Of a stretch of 64,000 nt of DNA, positions 38,404-48,724 are shown piece after piece. The stretch comes from Escherichia phage vB_EcoM_ACG-C40, in sequence record NC_019399.1; one strand, written 5' to 3'. The position numbers and the translations under genes are program-made. Each line of letters begins with the position of its first letter. The stretch's first letter is position 1. Under the pieces are notes generated by a model. That model did not search any database, was not told the origin of the DNA, and saw nothing but the letters and a program-made list of their open reading frames with translations.

Positions 38404-38588
38404 TATTCACCTTTAGAAATTTTATCCATAACAATAGCAATTAAACCAATTAAAAATGCTACTACAAGTGAAAACACATTTTCTGCTGTAGTCAATAATC
38501 CACATATAAATCCAACAAACATTGAAAAACTAAAAGCGGAAGCAGAAATTGCAATAGCAACATTTCGAATTAATTCACAACGTTTCAT
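38403..38588 (-). CDS. small membrane protein
   Basis: 61 aa, two hydrophobic helices; own early promoter. Confidence 0.45.
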   Translation of the reverse strand: MKRCELIRNVAIAISASAFSFSMFVGFICGLLTTAENVFSLVVAFLIGLIAIVMDKISKGE

Positions 38589-38616
38589 TTTATTCTCCTC
38601 AGTAGTAGATAGGGTA

Positions 38617-38646
38617 ATAGTATCACTACCCTATCTAAAAGTAAAC
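38617..38646 (-). promoter_or_regulatory. early promoter (GTTTAC, 18 bp, TACTAT) with a palindrome around -10
   Basis: gtaaac 38641..38646; atagta 38617..38622 inside gatagggta...taccctatc. Confidence 0.6.
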
Positions 38647-38880
38647 TTATTTTTTACGAAAAATTGATTTATTTTCTGCTGCCCATTTTTCAATAACTGC
38701 AGCAGGACCAGTAACAACAATTTTATCACCGTAATCTTCTGCGGCGAGTTGACCGAAATTATCTAATGCATCACGAAGAACTCCATGAGGCATTTCACCC
38801 ATTTTATCTTTCTTGCCAGTGTAAATAAACTCAACTTTTACATCAGCAGTTTCAGCAATAAATTCTTGGTAAGTTTTCAT
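38647..38880 (-). CDS. internal protein I-like (capsid-targeted), 77 aa
   Basis: N-terminus MKTYQEFIAE from ATG 38880 with GGAAA SD; ipI position upstream of 57B. Confidence 0.7.
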   Translation of the reverse strand: MKTYQEFIAETADVKVEFIYTGKKDKMGEMPHGVLRDALDNFGQLAAEDYGDKIVVTGPAAVIEKWAAENKSIFRKK

Positions 38881-38914
38881 TTTGATTTCCATTTGGTTTT
38901 GTTTTGATAGGGTA

Positions 38915-38944
38915 ATAGTATCACAACTAAAACCCTATGTAAAC
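38915..38944 (-). promoter_or_regulatory. early promoter (GTTTAC, 18 bp, TACTAT)
   Basis: gtaaac 38939..38944; atagta 38915..38920; part of a repeat with the next promoter. Confidence 0.6.
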
Positions 38945-38956
38945 AACTTTGTGAAA

Positions 38957-39214
38957 TTATTTTAAATCTTCTAATCGTTTCTTCATCTTAGAACCATTTT
39001 TAGCAATTTCTCCTGCATCGGAGCATAATGCTAAAAGTGCTTTAACTTTAGTTTGGTCTCCTTTAAAAGATGAAGGATCGACCGCAGCAGCAAGTTCTTT
39101 AATACGAGAGAAAAGACGCTCAGCTTCAGCTAAAGCCATTCCAAGCTTTACTTCCATACCGTGGGAAGATTCAGTGATAGTAGTTTTTGTAGCAAACTCT
39201 TTGAAAGTTTTCAT
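38957..39214 (-). CDS. internal-protein-like ORF with variant targeting leader
   Basis: 85 aa; N-terminus MKTFKEFATKTTITE; own promoter. Confidence 0.55.
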   Translation of the reverse strand: MKTFKEFATKTTITESSHGMEVKLGMALAEAERLFSRIKELAAAVDPSSFKGDQTKVKALLALCSDAGEIAKNGSKMKKRLEDLK

Positions 39215-39244
39215 TTTTATTTTCCTAATTAATTTGATGAGGTA

Positions 39245-39274
39245 ATAGTATCACTACCTCATCAGTATGTAAAC
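39245..39274 (-). promoter_or_regulatory. early promoter (GTTTAC, 18 bp, TACTAT) with a palindrome around -10
   Basis: gtaaac 39269..39274; atagta 39245..39250 inside gatgaggta...tacctcatc. Confidence 0.6.
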
Positions 39275-39286
39275 AACTTTGTGAAA

Positions 39287-39983
<697 letters not shown>

Positions 39984-39984
<1 letters not shown>

Positions 39985-40709
39985 TATAGTACCTTTAGTG
40001 TATTTTTAATTTTAGAAAAAAGTTCTTCAAGAGAACCATCGTTTGTAATTACTAAATCGCCATCACGAATTGGCAATCCAGCTTCTGTAATATGTGTATC
40101 ATTGGATTTTTGACCAGGACGAACTACATGAATTACTGTAGCACCCATCGCCCTAGCCGCATCCATTTCATGATCTTGACGAGTATCAGGAACGATATAA
40201 TAATCATAACCTGAGTTAAATTTATCAAGATAATCTAAAGCAAATAATTTTACCCAGTACATGCGGTCGAAGTTATTAACAATCAAATCCGTACCTAGGG
40301 CTTGCATCAGACGACGGACTGACCATTGATCTTCAATATTATTTATAACGTCAATAATCTTGTTAAATGCTACGGAATTAACTGATTCTTGTCCTTCGTC
40401 ATCAAAAACAAACACACCCTTAATTGGGCTTTTACCATTAAGATAGCAAAATGCTTGTTCCATAATCGTGATTACTTCTAATTTAGTCAGATTTAAATTA
40501 GTTTCACGATCATAGTCAATTCCTTCAAACTCTTTACGAGTTAAGCAAGGATAGTCAGTGTTTGCTGCAAATACGCCCCATGCATAAGCCAATGCATCCT
40601 TAATAGGACCTGCAAGTTGGTATTTAACTGCAGAATAATTGCTCATGATAAAATCAGCAGTAGTATCTTTTCCACTACGCTTTACACCGCTTAAAAAGAT
40701 TAGTTTCAT
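39984..40709 (-). CDS. 1: dNMP kinase gp1
   Basis: 241 aa from ATG 40709 (MKLIFLSGVKRSGKDT P-loop) with AGGAGA SD; track ORF is extended upstream. Confidence 0.9.
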
Positions 40710-40758
40710 GTGTTTCTCCTCAAATTTAATTAAGATTATAACACACAAAACTGAAGCA

Positions 40759-41289
40759 TTAAACTTCCGCTATAATTTTTCCATCTTTTTCTACTTGAAA
40801 ATACGTATAAGGAATCGTTGCAGTACATACTAAAGCCGGGTCTGAATCTTCTGTGTAGCTAAATTCTACTTCAGACAGGTCAGAAACCCAAGGCTTATAA
40901 AAATTTATTGACATCACGATTTCAGTTTTGCTATTATCTAAGATGTAAAGCGTAATGTACTCAGGACCTGTTTTTTGGGCAGTATTTTCACCTGTAAGAT
41001 AGTTGCTAGTTCCTAGCATCCATTCATACATTCCTATCCATGACTTAAGTTCTTCATCAACTATAAATCTCACGATGAGTGGATCGTACTCAAATGTAGC
41101 ACCTGGACGTTGTGCTCGGCCCAGTCCAAACGGCCCAGTCACGGTATCAGTAACAGGTATTCTAATTCCTGGAATAGGAACTGACTGAGCATTTAAAGTA
41201 AAAGCAGATGTAGTATTACTATGTGGTATTGATACTACAAAGTTAGTTGTATTTGCTTGGTTAAAAATTTGTTGCAGTGCTTGCGACAT
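40759..41289 (-). CDS. 3: tail completion/sheath stabiliser gp3
   Basis: 176 aa from ATG 41289 (MSQALQQIFNQ...); track ORF is extended upstream. Confidence 0.85.
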   Translation of the reverse strand: MSQALQQIFNQANTTNFVVSIPHSNTTSAFTLNAQSVPIPGIRIPVTDTVTGPFGLGRAQRPGATFEYDPLIVRFIVDEELKSWIGMYEWMLGTSNYLTGENTAQKTGPEYITLYILDNSKTEIVMSINFYKPWVSDLSEVEFSYTEDSDPALVCTATIPYTYFQVEKDGKIIAEV

Positions 41290-41395
41290 ATATTCCTCAT
41301 AATGCTTTATAACTGTTGGTGGTATAATGGGTCTAAGTCCCTTCCATTCAATTCCATTTAGAACAAACAACAGAAAAGAATGGAAGATAATAGAA

Positions 41396-42220
41396 TTAGA
41401 TATTTGACCAGACTTTGTTTGCAGAGAAACGTTTTCCTTTTGAAACGAACTGCTGAAGTGGCATTAACACAACGTTCGCCCAGTCTTTCGGGGCGATTTC
41501 AACAAGGCTACCCATAATATTACCAGGTATATATGCCTTAATCATTTGGTCTGCACCCCTAAATCCTTTCACTTGACTCCAATCAATTTTTAATTTCGTT
41601 TTATTAGTAATAGTAGGTGTATTTGCATATTGCTTTAAAAGCTCTTCTAGAAACTGTTGACGAGCTTTAGGTGGAATATAGTGCAAGTTTAATCCGTACA
41701 TTAAATTGTGCTTACCTAAACCAAGGTAAATTATCAAAGGAAATTTATCCCAGTAAGGAAGAGTTTCCTTGTGTTTAGCATCATAAGCAAAAGCATATAT
41801 TCGTCCCGGCTGCGGGCGAACAACTTTATGTCCTTTTACTTGCTTAATAGTTTCAGCAAACCATTTTCTAGTTTTATTATTAATTGCTGCGCCTTCATTA
41901 CGAATTTTATCACGCAATGTTTGTCTGAATGAATTTATCATAAGCAGTTGTCTTTCTTGCTTATTGAGTTTATTCATTGGTTTTGATTCAAGCTTTTGAA
42001 TCTTTTCAGCTGTTTTAATTCCTGAAGCATATTTTGACATTGCTGAAGTAAACGTAGAGTATTTAATTCCTCTTTCTTCAGCAAATTGCTTTCCTGTCAT
42101 TCCTTTTGCTTTGGCCTTTTTATATTCAAGACCTATCTGAATCCATTTCTTTTCGTTTAATGATTGCTTAACCTTTGGAACTTGGGGAGTGCTTTCATTA
42201 ATTATTTGAAAAATAGCCAT
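41396..42220 (-). CDS. 2: DNA-end protector protein gp2
   Basis: 274 aa; T4 synteny (57A-1-3-2-4). Confidence 0.85.
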
Positions 42221-42672
42221 TATGCCCCCTTAAAGCCAAGAGCTCGTAATCCATCTTCTGTTAGAATTCTAAATTTTATTCCACGCTTTTCAGCTAAAGA
42301 TTGTGCTGCTTTCCATTTATCAGTGTTCACAGACCAGGTATAAATTTCATTCATAAATCTTTTCTTCGCTGCGGTCGTTAGATGTGCTGGTTTAACTGGT
42401 GGTTGTGTTTCTTTTTTAGGTTTTATTTCAATAAAAAATTCTTGTCCAGAAGAATCTTTCATCCAAATATCCATGAAGTATCTACGTTTTTTCCCTTCTG
42501 CATTACAAAAATAAGGAATTACTGCTGTTTCACTACCCCATGCAATAATTTCTGGATTTTTATCTAACCATTCAAAAAAGAATTTTTCCCAATTTGATCT
42601 ATACGTAATTTTTTTAGGGTCACCTCTATACTTTGATATATTTTTAGGAACCCATTTTCCAGAATATGCCAT
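42220..42672 (-). CDS. 4: head completion protein gp4
   Basis: 150 aa; start/stop overlap with gene 2. Confidence 0.85.
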
Positions 42673-42683
42673 TGGATTCTCCT

Positions 42684-42691
42684 TATAAATA
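42684..42691 (+). promoter_or_regulatory. late promoter TATAAATA for gene 53
   Basis: tataaata about 29 nt upstream of the ATG at 42720. Confidence 0.55.
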
Positions 42692-42698
42692 GATAATA

Positions 42699-42706
42699 TA
42701 TTTATA
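42699..42706 (-). promoter_or_regulatory. late promoter TATAAATA for genes 4/2
   Basis: plus-strand tatttata, 27 nt upstream of the gene 4 ATG. Confidence 0.5.
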
Positions 42707-42719
42707 AACAGGAGGGCCC

Positions 42720-43310
42720 ATGCTCTTTACATTTTTTGATCCGATTGAATATGCGGCCAAAACGGTGAATAAAAACGCGCCGACTATTCCTATGACAGAT
42801 ATTTTTAGAAACTATAAAGACTATTTTAAGCGTGCTCTTGCGGGATATCGCTTACGTACTTATTACATTAAAGGTTCACCACGCCCGGAAGAATTAGCAA
42901 ATGCTATATATGGAAATCCACAGCTGTATTGGGTTTTATTGATGTGTAATGATAATTATGACCCGTATTATGGATGGATTACTTCACAAGAAGCTGCTTA
43001 TCAAGCATCTATACAAAAATACAAAAACGTAGGTGGAGACCAGATAGTATATCATGTGAATGAGAACGGTGAAAAATTTTATAATTTAATATCATACGAT
43101 GATAATCCATATGTTTGGTATGATAAAGGCGATAAAGCTAGAAAATATCCTCAATATGAAGGAGCACTTGCTGCGGTCGATACGTATGAAGCGGCTGTTC
43201 TTGAAAATGAAAAACTTCGTCAAATAAAAATAATAGCAAAATCAGACATCAATTCATTTATGAACGACCTTATACGTATAATGGAGAAATCTTATGGAAA
43301 TGATAAGTAA
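42720..43310 (+). CDS. 53: baseplate wedge protein gp53
   Basis: 196 aa; T4 synteny. Confidence 0.88.
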   Translation: MLFTFFDPIEYAAKTVNKNAPTIPMTDIFRNYKDYFKRALAGYRLRTYYIKGSPRPEELANAIYGNPQLYWVLLMCNDNYDPYYGWITSQEAAYQASIQKYKNVGGDQIVYHVNENGEKFYNLISYDDNPYVWYDKGDKARKYPQYEGALAAVDTYEAAVLENEKLRQIKIIAKSDINSFMNDLIRIMEKSYGNDK

Positions 43311-45024
43311 TAACCTCAACTGGTTTGTTGGTGTTGTTGAAGATAGAATGGACCCATTAAAATTAGGTCGTGTTCGTGTTCGTGTGGTTGGTTTGCATCC
43401 ACCTCAAAGAGCACAAGGTGATGTAATGGGTATTCCAACTGAAAAATTACCATGGATGTCAGTTATTCAACCTATAACTTCTGCAGCAATGTCTGGAATT
43501 GGAGGTTCTGTTACTGGACCGGTAGAAGGAACTAGAGTTTATGGTCATTTTTTAGACAAATGGAAAACTAACGGAATTGTCCTTGGCACGTATGGTGGAA
43601 TAGTTCGCGAAAAACCGAATAGACTTGAAGGATTTTCTGACCCAACTGGGCAATATCCTAGACGTTTAGGAAATGACACGAACGTACTAAACCAAGGCGG
43701 AGAAGTAGGATATGATTCGTCTTCTAACATTATCCAAGATAGTAACTTAGACACCGCAATAAATCCCGATGATAGACCACTATCAGAGATTCCAACCGAT
43801 GATAATCCAAATATGTCAATGGCTGAAATGCTTCGCCGTGATGAAGGATTAAGACTAAAAGTTTATTGGGATACAGAAGGATATCCGACAATTGGTATTG
43901 GTCATCTTATCATGAAGCAGCCAGTTCGTGATATGAACCAAATTAATAAAGTTTTATCAAAACAAGTTGGTCGTGAAATTACCGGAAATCCAGGTTCTAT
44001 TACAATGGAAGAAGCGGTAACTTTATTTGAACGCGATTTGGCTGATATGCAACGTGACATTAAATCACATTCTAAAGTAGGACCAGTCTGGCAAGCTGTC
44101 AACCGTTCTCGTCAAATGGCATTAGAAAATATGGCATTTCAGATGGGTGTTGGTGGTGTAGCTAAATTTAACACAATGTTAACTGCTATGTTAGCCGGAG
44201 ATTGGGAAAAAGCATATAAAGCTGGTCGTGATTCATTGTGGTATCAACAAACAAAAGGCCGTGCATCCCGTGTTACCATGATTATTCTTACCGGAAATTT
44301 GGAATCATATGGTGTTGAAGTGAAAACTCCGGCTAGGTCTTTATCGGCAATGGCTGCGACTGCAGCTAAATCTTCTGACCCTGCTGACCCTCCTATTCCA
44401 AATGACTCGAGAATTTTATTCAAAGAACCAGTTTCTTCATATAAAGGCGAATATCCTTATGTGCATACAATGGAAACTGAAAGCGGACATATTCAGGAAT
44501 TTGATGATACTCCTGGGCAAGAACGATACAGATTAGTTCATCCGACTGGAACTTATGAAGAAGTATCACCGTCAGGAAGAAGAACAAGAAAAACTGTCGA
44601 TAATTTGTATGATATAACCAACGCTGATGGTAATTTTTTGGTAGCCGGTGATAAAAAGACTAACGTCGGTGGATCAGAAATTTATTACAACATGGATAAT
44701 CGTCTTCACCAAATAGATGGAAGCAATACAATATTTGTACGTGGAGACGAAACGAAAACTGTTGAAGGTAATGGAACTATCCTAGTCAAAGGTAATGTTA
44801 CTATTGTAGTTGAAGGTAATGCTGACATTACAGTTAAAGGAGATGCTACCACTTTAGTTGAAGGAAATCAAACTAACACAGTAAATGGAAATCTTTCTTG
44901 GAAAGTTGCTGGGACAGTTGATTGGGACGTTGGTGGTGATTGGACAGAAAAAATGGCATCTATGAGTTCTATTTCATCTGGTCAATACACAATTGATGGT
45001 AGCCGTATAGACGTAGGTTTATAA
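43294..45024 (+). CDS. 5: baseplate hub / tail-associated lysozyme gp5
   Basis: 576 aa; central lysozyme domain (EMLRRDEGLRLKVYWDTEGYPTIGIGHL); C-terminal VEGN beta-helix repeats. Confidence 0.95.
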   Translation: MEMISNNLNWFVGVVEDRMDPLKLGRVRVRVVGLHPPQRAQGDVMGIPTEKLPWMSVIQPITSAAMSGIGGSVTGPVEGTRVYGHFLDKWKTNGIVLGTYGGIVREKPNRLEGFSDPTGQYPRRLGNDTNVLNQGGEVGYDSSSNIIQDSNLDTAINPDDRPLSEIPTDDNPNMSMAEMLRRDEGLRLKVYWDTEGYPTIGIGHLIMKQPVRDMNQINKVLSKQVGREITGNPGSITMEEAVTLFERDLADMQRDIKSHSKVGPVWQAVNRSRQMALENMAFQMGVGGVAKFNTMLTAMLAGDWEKAYKAGRDSLWYQQTKGRASRVTMIILTGNLESYGVEVKTPARSLSAMAATAAKSSDPADPPIPNDSRILFKEPVSSYKGEYPYVHTMETESGHIQEFDDTPGQERYRLVHPTGTYEEVSPSGRRTRKTVDNLYDITNADGNFLVAGDKKTNVGGSEIYYNMDNRLHQIDGSNTIFVRGDETKTVEGNGTILVKGNVTIVVEGNADITVKGDATTLVEGNQTNTVNGNLSWKVAGTVDWDVGGDWTEKMASMSSISSGQYTIDGSRIDVGL

Positions 45025-45027
45025 ATA
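45020..45027 (+). promoter_or_regulatory. late promoter TATAAATA overlapping the gp5 stop codon
   Basis: tataaata at 45020..45027, then GAGGTGA SD and ATG 45044. Confidence 0.5.
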
Positions 45028-45043
45028 ATTCCAGAGGTGAATT

Positions 45044-45910
45044 ATGAAAAAATCTAACACAGTTCAATTTAGATACATATATAAAACAACCGTTACTAAT
45101 CCGAAAGGATTAGTACGGGTTTATATTGGTAAACATGAATCTAGATATTTTGATTTAGAAAATGATAAGTATAGAGGTTCCGGTGATTATATTAAAAAGA
45201 TACGTAATAAACCTGGTTATAAAATAGATTTTGAAATAATTGAATTTGTTTCTACTTATGAAATTCTCAATTCAAGAGAAAGATATTGGATTTCGAAATA
45301 TAAATCATCTGATATTCTATGTACCAATATAAAATCCGGCGGTGATGGTTTTTCATCCGAAGATTTGAAGAGAATGTGGTCTAATCCTGAATATAGGAAA
45401 GCTCAATTGAAGGCATTAGCTAAATCAACGTCAACTAAAGAATTTTCAGAGAAAATATCTAAAATAAACAAAGAAAGATGCGCATCGCCAGAATATCGAA
45501 AGAAAATGAGTAATGCGATGAAAACTGCTTTTGAAAATGATCCAACATTAAAAATTCGTATTTCTAATACCGTTAAATCTTTATGGAAATCCGATGAATA
45601 TAGAAACAAATTAATCAATCATCCAGGAAAAATAGAAGGAACGAAACAATCATGGAATGATCCTTTGATAAGAAAATCGAGATTAGATGCTAGAAATAAA
45701 AAACTAAGATCAGTTGAACCTTGGATTAGTATAGAAAAAGTCAAAAAACTTTGGGAGGATTTGGGAAAACCACATCCACAGAAATACAAATGGTTTAGAG
45801 AAAAAGCAATTGAACACGACCTCCCGGATGTAAGTTATAACGCAATTTTAAAAGCGTTGAAAAAATGTGATTATAAATTTACATCATTAGAGAATTCAAC
45901 AATTGGCTAA
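45044..45910 (+). mobile_element. GIY-YIG homing endonuclease (Seg-like) inserted after gene 5
   Basis: 288 aa; N-terminal YIYKTT...VYIGKHES; three repeats of the SNPEYRK type. Confidence 0.7.
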
Positions 45911-45920
45911 TATACTTCCA

Positions 45921-46439
45921 ATGAGCGCTGATTTAGGAGAATCCATGGAAGGTTCTTCTATCGACGTCACCTTTACCGCTCAATTAGAAACAGGTGAAAC
46001 GTTAGTATCTATAAATATAACTAGTTACGAAGAAACTCCTGGGGTTTTAGTAGAAGAAAATCGCTTATACGGAACATATGAATCTGTGTTTGGATTTGGA
46101 AATGACGCGTTGAAATATCGTTTAGGCGATGAATTTAAAACTGCTGCTTCATGGGAAGAACTTCCTACTGATTCTGATACTCAGTTGTATTTATGGAAAG
46201 CTCCTCAAAACCTCCAGAAGACATTCACTTACGAAGTAACATTAATATATGACTACCAAGAACAAAGTGAATCTGGAGGTTCTGGCAGTAATTCTAGGTC
46301 ATCTTCTGATACTACTGAACCGACAGATCCTCCTGCTCCAGTAAGAAAAACTCTCGTTAAAAATTATACTAAAACTATAGTTGGAAATTGGAGTCGTTGG
46401 GCTAATAAATTAAGAAGCTATGTGTATGAGAGGTCATAG
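45921..46439 (+). CDS. hypothetical baseplate-region protein (5.1-like)
   Basis: track start is TTG inside the endonuclease gene; first ATG at 45921. Confidence 0.55.
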   Translation: MSADLGESMEGSSIDVTFTAQLETGETLVSINITSYEETPGVLVEENRLYGTYESVFGFGNDALKYRLGDEFKTAASWEELPTDSDTQLYLWKAPQNLQKTFTYEVTLIYDYQEQSESGGSGSNSRSSSDTTEPTDPPAPVRKTLVKNYTKTIVGNWSRWANKLRSYVYERS

Positions 46440-46733
46440 ATGTCAGGATTAAGTTATGATAAATGTGTTACTGCTGGTCATGAAGCATGGCCTCCAACAG
46501 TTGTGAATGCTACACAAAGTAAAGTATTCACTGGAGGAATTGCTGTTCTCGTAGCAGGTGATCTAATTACAGAACATACAGAAATTAAAAAGCCATATGA
46601 AACACATGGCGGAGTGACACAACCCAGAACTTCTAAGGTATATGTCACTGGAAAGAAAGCTGTTCAAATGGCTGATCCAATATCATGCGGTGATACTGTG
46701 GCTCAGGCATCATCTAAAGTATTCATTAAATAG
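46440..46733 (+). CDS. 5.4: PAAR-repeat spike tip protein gp5.4
   Basis: 97 aa directly upstream of gene 6. Confidence 0.8.
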   Translation: MSGLSYDKCVTAGHEAWPPTVVNATQSKVFTGGIAVLVAGDLITEHTEIKKPYETHGGVTQPRTSKVYVTGKKAVQMADPISCGDTVAQASSKVFIK

Positions 46734-46741
46734 GATTTAAA

Positions 46742-48724
46742 ATGGCAAATACCCCTGTAAATTATCAATTAACAAGAACAGCAAATGCTATTCCCGAGAT
46801 ATTCGTCGGGGGTACGTTTGCTGAAATAAAACAAAACCTCATTGAATGGCTTAATGGCCAAAATGAATTTTTGGATTATGATTTTGAAGGCTCAAGATTA
46901 AACGTTCTGTGTGACCTTTTAGCTTATAATACATTGTACATTCAACAGTTTGGTAATGCTGCTGTGTATGAAAGCTTTATGCGTACTGCTAACTTACGAA
47001 GTTCAGTTGTTCAAGCTGCACAAGATAACGGATATTTACCTACTTCAAAATCCGCTGCGCAGACCGAAATTATGTTAACATGCACCGACGCATTGAATAG
47101 GAATTACATTACTATTCCTCGCGGAACTCGCTTTTTAGCATATGCAAAAGATACTTCTGTTAATCCATATAACTTCGTTTCTACCGAAGACGTTATTGCT
47201 ATTCGTGATAAAAATAACCAATATTTTCCGCGTTTAAAATTGGCCCAGGGACGTATAGTAAGAACTGAAATCATTTATGATAAATTAACACCTATTATCA
47301 TTTATGATAAAAATATTGATAGAAACCAGGTTAAATTATACGTTGATGGAGCAGAATGGATTAACTGGACAAGAAAGTCAATGGTTCATGCTGGTTCTAC
47401 ATCGACAATTTACTACATGCGTGAAACTATTGATGGAAATACTGAATTCTATTTTGGTGAAGGTGAAATTTCTGTTAATGCTTCTGAAGGAGCTTTGACC
47501 GCTAATTATATCGGAGGTCTTAAACCTACTCAGAACTCTACGATTGTTATTGAGTACATCAGTACTAATGGTGCTGACGCGAACGGAGCAGTCGGATTTT
47601 CATACGCAGATACATTAACAAATATAACTGTCATCAATATTAATGAAAATCCAAACGATGACCCAGATTTTGTTGGGGCAGATGGCGGCGGTGATCCAGA
47701 AGATATTGAGCGTATCCGCGAATTGGGTACTATTAAACGCGAAACCCAGCAACGCTGCGTAACTGCGACTGACTATGATACATTCGTTTCAGAGAGATTT
47801 GGTTCTATTATTCAAGCAGTTCAGACTTTCACTGATTCTACTAAACCTGGTTATGCATTTATTGCTGCTAAACCTAAATCAGGTCTGTATTTAACTACTG
47901 TACAGCGTGAAGATATTAAAAATTATCTCAAAGACTATAATTTAGCTCCTATTACGCCATCAATTATTTCTCCTAATTATCTTTTTATTAAGACTAATTT
48001 AAAAGTCACATATGCTTTAAATAAGCTGCAAGAATCCGAACAGTGGCTCGAAGGTCAAATAATTGATAAAATTGATCGTTATTATACCGAAGACGTAGAA
48101 ATTTTTAATTCATCTTTCGCTAAATCTAAGATGTTGACATATGTAGATGATGCAGATCATTCTATCATTGGCTCATCCGCGACAATTCAAATTGTTCGTG
48201 AAGTACAAAACTTCTATAAAACGCCTGAAGCAGGTATTAAATACAATAATCAAATAAAAGATCGTTCTATGGAATCTAATACGTTTTCATTTAATTCTGG
48301 ACGAAAGGTTGTAAATCCTGATACTGGTTTAGAAGAAGATGTATTATATGACGTTCGCATAGTATCAACAGACCGAGATTCTAAAGGAATTGGTAAAGTT
48401 ATTATTGGTCCATTTGCTTCTGGCGATGTTACAGAAAATGAAAACATTCAGCCATATACAGGCAACGATTTTAACAAATTAGCAAATTCTGATGGACGCG
48501 ACAAATACTATGTTATCGGTGAAATAAATTATCCAGCTGATGTGATTTATTGGAATATCGCTAAAATTAATTTAACATCTGAAAAATTTGAAGTTCAGAC
48601 CATCGAATTATATTCTGACCCAACCGATGATGTTATCTTTACTCGCGACGGTTCACTGATTGTATTTGAAAATGACTTACGTCCACAATACTTAACTATC
48701 GATTTGGAGCCTATATCACAATGA
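46742..48724 (+). CDS. 6: baseplate wedge protein gp6
   Basis: 660 aa; T4 synteny and length. Confidence 0.92.
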   Translation: MANTPVNYQLTRTANAIPEIFVGGTFAEIKQNLIEWLNGQNEFLDYDFEGSRLNVLCDLLAYNTLYIQQFGNAAVYESFMRTANLRSSVVQAAQDNGYLPTSKSAAQTEIMLTCTDALNRNYITIPRGTRFLAYAKDTSVNPYNFVSTEDVIAIRDKNNQYFPRLKLAQGRIVRTEIIYDKLTPIIIYDKNIDRNQVKLYVDGAEWINWTRKSMVHAGSTSTIYYMRETIDGNTEFYFGEGEISVNASEGALTANYIGGLKPTQNSTIVIEYISTNGADANGAVGFSYADTLTNITVININENPNDDPDFVGADGGGDPEDIERIRELGTIKRETQQRCVTATDYDTFVSERFGSIIQAVQTFTDSTKPGYAFIAAKPKSGLYLTTVQREDIKNYLKDYNLAPITPSIISPNYLFIKTNLKVTYALNKLQESEQWLEGQIIDKIDRYYTEDVEIFNSSFAKSKMLTYVDDADHSIIGSSATIQIVREVQNFYKTPEAGIKYNNQIKDRSMESNTFSFNSGRKVVNPDTGLEEDVLYDVRIVSTDRDSKGIGKVIIGPFASGDVTENENIQPYTGNDFNKLANSDGRDKYYVIGEINYPADVIYWNIAKINLTSEKFEVQTIELYSDPTDDVIFTRDGSLIVFENDLRPQYLTIDLEPISQ

